Assembly (NCBI GenBank): GCA_964472415.1
Contig: CAYYLC010000001.1
Span: forward strand, 3,269-67,268
Reading direction: 5' to 3'
DNA from: an uncultured Gammaproteobacteria bacterium
GTDB lineage: Bacteria; Patescibacteriota; Microgenomatia; Levybacterales; GWA1-39-11
DNA: 64,000 nucleotides
Shown here: positions 58,580-64,000 of the stretch, piece after piece
How the letters are laid out: every line of letters begins with the position of its first letter
How positions within the stretch are numbered: position 1 is the first letter of the stretch
The notes under the pieces: generated by a model
What the model was told of the DNA's origin: nothing
What the model saw: only the letters and a program-made list of their open reading frames with translations
The model's database searches: none
Program-made: the position numbers and the translations under genes

Positions 58580-59565
58580 TTTCGACTGATCACTTTTTTA
58601 ACTGAATTATAAATTGCGTCACTATCCATTTCATATTTTTTCAGCAGTTCTTCTGGATTTCCAGATTCTCCAAATACATCTCTCATTCCTACAAATTCCA
58701 TAGGGGCAGGGTGATTCATGGCGAGAGCTTCAGCGATTGCGCCACCAAGCCCTCCAGCAATCTGGTGGTCTTCAGCAGTGACAACCGCACCAGTTTCTTT
58801 TACTTGATTAATAATAGTTTCTGTATCGAGAGGCTTAACGGTGTGGATATTTGTGACAAGAGTGTTTATTCCTTCTTCTGAAAGTCTTTTCGCTGCAACA
58901 AGTGCATAATACGTCATATAGCCAAAAGAAAAAATAACTGCTTGAGGATTTTCTGTAATCCAAAATGTTTGTGCCTTGCCTAATTCGAACGGTGTTTCAG
59001 GCGTTGTCATGATAGGAGATTTATCCCGTGAGAATCTCAGGTAAAATGGTCCGTATTCTTTCCCGCTTGCAACAGTAGCTGATTTTCCTTGAATACTATC
59101 ACAGGGGACTATGATTTTAATCTCGGGCCATGGGCGAACTGAGGCAATATCTTCTGTTGCTTGATGCGTTGCGCCATCGGGGCCAGTCATAATCCCTGCA
59201 TGATGCCCTGCAACCTTCACATTTGAATTGTTATAGACGATAGTAGTTCTAATAGTCTCCCAATTTTTTCCTGGAGAAAATGTTGCATATGAAGATATGA
59301 AGACTGTTTTCCCAGATACTCCAAGACCTGCTGCTACAGCTGCCATGTTTTGTTCAGCAACGCCTACTTGGATAAATCTTTCAGGGTATGCCTTCGCAAA
59401 TTTATCAGCTTTTGTTGATTCAGTAAGATCTGCAGACATCGCTACGACATTCGGATCTTCCTTTCCAAGCTCTACAAGTCCTTCTCCATATCCTACTCGT
59501 GTTGAGTCTTTTTCAACATCTGTATCAAAAATTTTTGGATTTAATTTTAAATCTGGATTAAGCAT
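58576..59565 (-). CDS. transketolase, C-terminal (pyrimidine-binding plus C-terminal domain) subunit
   Basis: Split transketolase. Pyr domain motifs (GVAEQNM, ATFSPG). Confidence 0.85.
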   Translation of the reverse strand: MLNPDLKLNPKIFDTDVEKDSTRVGYGEGLVELGKEDPNVVAMSADLTESTKADKFAKAYPERFIQVGVAEQNMAAVAAGLGVSGKTVFISSYATFSPGKNWETIRTTIVYNNSNVKVAGHHAGIMTGPDGATHQATEDIASVRPWPEIKIIVPCDSIQGKSATVASGKEYGPFYLRFSRDKSPIMTTPETPFELGKAQTFWITENPQAVIFSFGYMTYYALVAAKRLSEEGINTLVTNIHTVKPLDTETIINQVKETGAVVTAEDHQIAGGLGGAIAEALAMNHPAPMEFVGMRDVFGESGNPEELLKKYEMDSDAIYNSVKKVISRK

Positions 59566-60421
59566 GATAGTTCCTTTCTATGCTTGCTTTAATTTTCTCT
59601 AATTCTTCAAGGGCTTTTTCTGCCTCTTCTTCATTTGGCGGTTTTCCGTGCCATGTGTAATCATTTTCCATAAAGCTTACCCCTTTTCCTGGCGTGGTAT
59701 TCGCGAGAACAAAGACCGGTTTATCAGGAGACTTTTTTGCTTTCTTAATTCCGGCAATAATTTCTTCCATATTATTTCCATTTATCTCTATCACTTGCCA
59801 TCCAAAGCTGAGATATTTTTCTTTCATAGGATCAAGTGGTAACACATCTGTAGTTCGTCCATCGATTTGGATGTAGTTTCTGTCAACAATTTGGATAAGA
59901 TTATTTAATTTGTATTTGGGTGCAAGCATTGCTGCTTCCCAAGTATTTCCTTCTTGATGCTCGCCATCAGAGGTTAGGCAGTAGATATAGAAATCCTTTT
60001 TATCCATTTTTGCAGCGATAGCCATACCGATTGCTTGCGATAATCCTTCACCAAGTGGGCCAGAAGTATTTTCTATTCCGGGGAGTGCTGTTCTGTGAGG
60101 ATGACCTTGGAGGCGAGAATCCAGCTTTCGAAGAGTATCGAGTTCCTCGATAGGAAAGTATCCTGCCCGTGCGAGTGTGGCGTACAAAACTGGGCAGATA
60201 TGCCCATTTGATAAAAGAACACGATCTCGGTCTTCCCAAGTTGGATCATCTGGTTTTATATTTAGGATATGAAAATAGAGTGCAGTAAAAATGTCTGTCA
60301 TTCCGAGTGGTCCACCGGAATGGCCAGAGCCTGCTTTTACGAGTGACTTGATGATAAGGATACGAATTTCGTTTGCAACCTTTTCTAATTCGAAGATTTT
60401 TTGATCAGTCAGCGTGGGCAT
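59558..60421 (-). CDS. transketolase, N-terminal (TPP-binding) subunit
   Basis: TPP-binding GDG...N motif (TSDGEHQEGNTWEA). Overlaps the C-terminal subunit gene. Confidence 0.85.
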   Translation of the reverse strand: MPTLTDQKIFELEKVANEIRILIIKSLVKAGSGHSGGPLGMTDIFTALYFHILNIKPDDPTWEDRDRVLLSNGHICPVLYATLARAGYFPIEELDTLRKLDSRLQGHPHRTALPGIENTSGPLGEGLSQAIGMAIAAKMDKKDFYIYCLTSDGEHQEGNTWEAAMLAPKYKLNNLIQIVDRNYIQIDGRTTDVLPLDPMKEKYLSFGWQVIEINGNNMEEIIAGIKKAKKSPDKPVFVLANTTPGKGVSFMENDYTWHGKPPNEEEAEKALEELEKIKASIERNYHA

Positions 60422-61698
60422 TATATTTTTAATACTATCATGAAATCAGCAACATTGGAAGGAAGTCTACCCGTCATGATTTGAGAATCAACTTTCGCGA
60501 AAAAATTATATGAATCATTATTTTGGAGGTATTTATCGATGCCGAGATTTTGCTCTTGCGCTTTCTGTCTTACGTCCTTGTCAGCAATTGCTCCCGCTGC
60601 GTCTGTGAAGTCCCACCCATCGCTCCCGATGGATACGAAAAATGTATTATCGTCGATAATTTTAAGGGCTTCTAAAGCTGTTTCTTGATTTCTTCCTCCT
60701 TTTCCATCTCCTTTTACTTCTACTGTTGCCTCTCCTGCTGCTATCAATAAGCCTTTTTCTGTAGCATTATTTACTAATTCTTGAGCGACTTCATGTGCGG
60801 ATCCTTGTATTCTGTCTGAATATCTTTTGCAGTCTATATTGAGCTTTTGTGCTTTCTCTTCAAGAGCGTCAAGGACTGTAAGATTGCTTAAGATTATAGT
60901 ATTAGTTACATTTTTGAAATATTTGTCATCCTTGGGGTTTTCCCTGAATGCCTCTCGTGGTAAGCCGATTTCTTCAGTGAGGTTGTATTTATTAAGGATA
61001 GCTATTGCATCATCAATGGTGTTTTCATTTTTGACAGTTGGGCCAGATGCGATGAATACCATGTCGTTTCCTATAACATCGGAGTAGATAAGTGTTGCAA
61101 CTTTTGCTGGGTACAGGATCTGAGCAAGACCTCCGCCTTTCACATCTGAAAGATGTTGGCGTACGATATTCATTTCTGTTATATCGGCACCAGATTTTAG
61201 GAGTAATTTCTCTGCATTTATTTTTTGAGCAAGAGTGATACTGTGTGGATGTTCAAACATCGCACTCCCTCCTCCACAAACTACAACAAGAACCAAATCT
61301 TTCTCAGTTAAACCTGAAAATTTATCCATAACCTCCAAGGTAAAGTCAACATTTTCTTGTGATATAACCGGGTGAGTTCCAAGGGTAAATTGAATTTTAG
61401 AGAATTTTTCTTCTGAAGTATCGATAACATATCCTTCAGTTAACCTCTCACCTAAAAGGTTCTCAAGGAGCTTTGCGTTTCCTGCAGATCCTTTCCCAAA
61501 TCCGAGAATATAAATATTTGAATATTCGTCTAGGTTGTACGTTTGATTTTGTATTGAAAGAATATTTCCATCAAGCCTTACATTTTTTTGAAAAACATTT
61601 TGTGGTTGGATTGATTCAAGTCCTGCTTCGACAAGGTCAATAATTACCTTTCTTTCAGGAGAAATATTTAATTCGTTATAGTTATTAATAATTGCCAC
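60421..61698 (-). CDS. glycerate kinase (MOFRL/GckA family, glycerate 2-kinase)
   Basis: 425 aa with DUF4147-like N-terminal and MOFRL C-terminal domains (VVCGGGSAMFEHP, IAAGEATVEVKGDGKGGRNQE). Confidence 0.7.
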   Translation of the reverse strand: MAIINNYNELNISPERKVIIDLVEAGLESIQPQNVFQKNVRLDGNILSIQNQTYNLDEYSNIYILGFGKGSAGNAKLLENLLGERLTEGYVIDTSEEKFSKIQFTLGTHPVISQENVDFTLEVMDKFSGLTEKDLVLVVVCGGGSAMFEHPHSITLAQKINAEKLLLKSGADITEMNIVRQHLSDVKGGGLAQILYPAKVATLIYSDVIGNDMVFIASGPTVKNENTIDDAIAILNKYNLTEEIGLPREAFRENPKDDKYFKNVTNTIILSNLTVLDALEEKAQKLNIDCKRYSDRIQGSAHEVAQELVNNATEKGLLIAAGEATVEVKGDGKGGRNQETALEALKIIDDNTFFVSIGSDGWDFTDAAGAIADKDVRQKAQEQNLGIDKYLQNNDSYNFFAKVDSQIMTGRLPSNVADFMIVLKI

Positions 61699-61863
61699 AG
61701 ATCTAGTTTAGAATATTTAACATTTATATGCAAAGTAATTGTGATATAATAGGTTTTGTACGGTAGAGAGAGCCGGATTATGCAAAATTTTAATAATTTC
61801 TGCACATATACGTATTGTTAGTTTTTAATAACTTTCGGTTTCCTTTTCCCAAAAAAATATATT

Positions 61864-63030
61864 ATGAGCGATACAGATAAAAGAGAAGATTATATTAAAA
61901 AGTTGGAGAGCATAGCGAGTCTTTCACGCGAAGAAGCAAAAAAGCTGTTGATTGCAGAAGTGGAGAAAGATACGAAGGCAGATATTGCGAAGATCATTAA
62001 AGAAACTGAGGATGAGGCGAAGGCAATTGCTCATAAAAAAGCTCAAGAGATAATTGCTGATGCAATTCGACATGGTGCACTAGATTTCCTTCCTGAATAT
62101 ACCGTTTCTGTAATTAAGCTTGAGGATGATGATATGAAGGGGAGGATTATTGGAAAAGAGGGAAGAAATATCCGTGCATTCGAAGATGTAACAGGAGTAG
62201 ATGTGGACTTAGAAGAGAAAGGGCTTATTCGCCTTTCAAGTTTTGATCCAGTAAGACGTCAAATCGCAAAGCAGGCCTTGGAGCTTCTTATGAAGGATAC
62301 GAGAATTCAGCCAGTTAGGATTGAGGAAGTCGTAGGGATGAAAAAAAAGGAGATGCAAAAAACCTTATTTGAAGAGGGAGAGCGGCTTGCTCATGAGGTT
62401 AATGCGTTTAATGTACACCCAGATCTTCTTACTACACTCGGGAGATTTAAGTTTAGGACCTCTTTCGGGCAAAATCTGCTCGTTCACACTCTTGAACTTA
62501 CAAAGATAGGTATTCAGATTGCGCATGAATTAGGAGCGGATGTGGAGACAGTTAAGCTTGGGTGTTTATTCCATGATATTGGAAAAGTCGTGACAGATAA
62601 AGAAGGTTCTCATGTAGATTTAGGAGTTGATCTTTTGAATCGCTATAAAATTCCAAAAGAAATTGTGAATTGTGTAGCAGAGCATCATGAGGATAAGCCA
62701 TTTTCATCAATAGAATCTATTATTGTGCATGTGGCAGATGCTATTTCAGGCGCCCGCCCTGGCGCTCGACACGAAGACCTTCAAGAGTATATGAAAAGGA
62801 TTCGAGATATGGAAGATATTGCAAAGAACTTCAAAGGTGTAGAGGATGCATATGCATTTGAGGCTGGGCGCGAAATTCGTGTGATTGTAAATCCCGGGAA
62901 GCTTGATGATGTGGAAACAACAATTCTTGCAAAACGCATTAAAGATGAGGTAGATAGAAAGGTTATCGTTCCGGGAGTGGTCAGAGTAACAGCTATTCGA
63001 GATTTTAGGGTAACCGAGCCAAAAGAATAA
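61864..63030 (+). CDS. rny: ribonuclease Y (KH plus HD domains; no N-terminal membrane anchor)
   Basis: Coiled-coil N-terminus, KH (GKEGRNIRAFEDVTGVD), HD (HDIGK...EHHE). Confidence 0.8.
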   Translation: MSDTDKREDYIKKLESIASLSREEAKKLLIAEVEKDTKADIAKIIKETEDEAKAIAHKKAQEIIADAIRHGALDFLPEYTVSVIKLEDDDMKGRIIGKEGRNIRAFEDVTGVDVDLEEKGLIRLSSFDPVRRQIAKQALELLMKDTRIQPVRIEEVVGMKKKEMQKTLFEEGERLAHEVNAFNVHPDLLTTLGRFKFRTSFGQNLLVHTLELTKIGIQIAHELGADVETVKLGCLFHDIGKVVTDKEGSHVDLGVDLLNRYKIPKEIVNCVAEHHEDKPFSSIESIIVHVADAISGARPGARHEDLQEYMKRIRDMEDIAKNFKGVEDAYAFEAGREIRVIVNPGKLDDVETTILAKRIKDEVDRKVIVPGVVRVTAIRDFRVTEPKE

Positions 63031-63057
63031 TTTTTCCCCCAGAACATTTTACTCCTA

Positions 63058-63086
63058 TTGACAAAAAAATTTGCAGAATGTATTGT
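63058..63086 (+). promoter_or_regulatory. candidate hup promoter (TTGACA-17-TATTGT)
   Basis: Read directly. A strong SD GGGAGGTG precedes the TTG start. Confidence 0.3.
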
Positions 63087-63127
63087 TGAATCAACATAAA
63101 TATTGTTTGAAAGGGAGGTGAAGTGCA

Positions 63128-63409
63128 TTGTCAGTTACAAAGAAAGAACTCATAGAACTTGTCGCTAAGAAAGGAAATCTCACTAATAAAGCTGCAAAGC
63201 AATCGGTGAAAGTTTTTTTGGATGGAATTCGAGATAGTTTAAAAAGAGGTGAGAAAGTGGTGATTACAGGATTTGGTACATTTAGCGTGAGAACAAGAAG
63301 AGAGCGAAAAGGAAGAAATCCCAAAACCGGAGAAGCAATAAAAATTGGCGCACGGAAAGCCCCTGGATTCACTGCTGGTAAGAGTTTAAAAAAGGCAGTA
63401 AAGGGTTGA
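63128..63409 (+). CDS. hup: DNA-binding protein HU
   Basis: 93 aa with the HU/IHF fold signature (GFGTFSVRTRRERKGRNPKTGE). Confidence 0.88.
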   Translation: MSVTKKELIELVAKKGNLTNKAAKQSVKVFLDGIRDSLKRGEKVVITGFGTFSVRTRRERKGRNPKTGEAIKIGARKAPGFTAGKSLKKAVKG

Positions 63410-63442
63410 TTGCAACATTAAAAATTGAGAAAATCTGCCTAT

Positions 63443-64000
63443 ATGAAAAAGGTAGTAGTTATTGTTGGTCCTACAGCAGTTGGGAAGACTGATTTCGCTT
63501 TTGAAATTGCAAAAGCGAAGAATGGTGCCCTCGTAAGTGCTGACGCTGTGCAGGTATTTAAGACACTTGATATTATTTCTGGGAAAGATATAGATATCTC
63601 AATAGCCCAGAAAAAGACTTCTTATAATTTAGAGTATTATAGTATTGATGATATTGATGTATATCTTCTGGATTTAGTGGATCCGACTAATTCATTTTCA
63701 GTTTCTCAGTTCCAAGATTTCGGTAATCGAGCTCTTCACCACATTATTCGAGAAAATAAATTGCCCATTATTGTGGGTGGGACAGGATTGTATATAAAGT
63801 CTCTTGTGGATGGAATAGAGACCGCCTCTGTCCAGCCAGATTTCAAACTGCGGGAAAAATTACACAGTCTAGAGTTAGAGGAAATACAAAACATGCTTCG
63901 AAAATTAGATAGTAGCATCTTTGAGTCTATGAATGAATCAGATAAAAAAAATAAGAGGCGACTAGTACGAAAAATGGAAATTATTCAATCAGGGCAGAGA
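63443..64000 (+). CDS. miaA: tRNA dimethylallyltransferase (partial; continues past the window end)
   Basis: MKKVVVIVGPTAVGKTDFAFEIAK... P-loop, open to the window edge. Absent from the ORF track because there is no stop codon. Confidence 0.8.
   Translation, partial: MKKVVVIVGPTAVGKTDFAFEIAKAKNGALVSADAVQVFKTLDIISGKDIDISIAQKKTSYNLEYYSIDDIDVYLLDLVDPTNSFSVSQFQDFGNRALHHIIRENKLPIIVGGTGLYIKSLVDGIETASVQPDFKLREKLHSLELEEIQNMLRKLDSSIFESMNESDKKNKRRLVRKMEIIQSGQR

Noticed and set aside
1-64000. CRISPR arrays, IS elements/transposases, integrases, rRNA genes
   Set aside because: No regularly spaced direct repeats, no DDE/serine/tyrosine recombinase-like ORFs, and no rRNA-like conserved segments were found on reading either strand.

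Overview
The window reads as one contig from a low-GC bacterium with a streamlined, Candidate-Phyla-Radiation/Patescibacteria-like layout; sampled 60-nt stretches of host genes gave about 32-37% G+C. Coding runs in long co-directional blocks. First comes a partial M24 aminopeptidase, then guaB-guaA, fusA, a eukaryote-like two-subunit ATP-citrate lyase (aclB/aclA) and murB. These are followed by a DNA glycosylase, msrA, an ABC exporter and cell-envelope hydrolases. Next is a giant surface protein of 1652 aa with PA14, beta-propeller and PKD modules plus a tandem C-terminal repeat. Behind it sits a G+C-richer five-gene lipid-linked glycan cluster (GT2, GT-C, UbiA-family prenyl-phosphate phosphoribosyltransferase-like, GtrA-like, extended SDR epimerase). 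Then come a lexA-dinB SOS cassette with a LexA box inside its own promoter, and a class A beta-lactamase-like gene. The ribosomal-protein supercluster tuf-rpsJ...rplO-secY-adk-map-infA-rpsM-rpsK-rpsD-rpoA-rplQ-rplM-rpsI is complete. It lacks L30, has rpmJ relocated between rplX and rplE, and carries an extra P-loop kinase. The rest is recA-recX, a tRNA (tentatively Pro-GGG), small metabolic genes, two tandem FAD-linked oxidase paralogs, a split transketolase, glycerate kinase, RNase Y, HU and partial miaA. The most anomalous locus is a G+C-rich orphan cassette at about 3900-4620 between guaA and fusA (about 55-58% G+C in sampled stretches). It has a perfect consensus sigma70 promoter (TTGACA-17-TATAAT), a 178-aa ORF with no family I recognise, and its own terminator, and it sits just upstream of what looks like the native guaA terminator. 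Other points: operon-first genes are repeatedly leaderless or near-leaderless, with a -10 box 5-12 nt before the start codon. There are terminator/promoter junctions inside the ribosomal cluster. A bona fide ACLY-like ATP-citrate lyase is present in a minimal-genome context. No CRISPR arrays, transposases or rRNA genes were seen.
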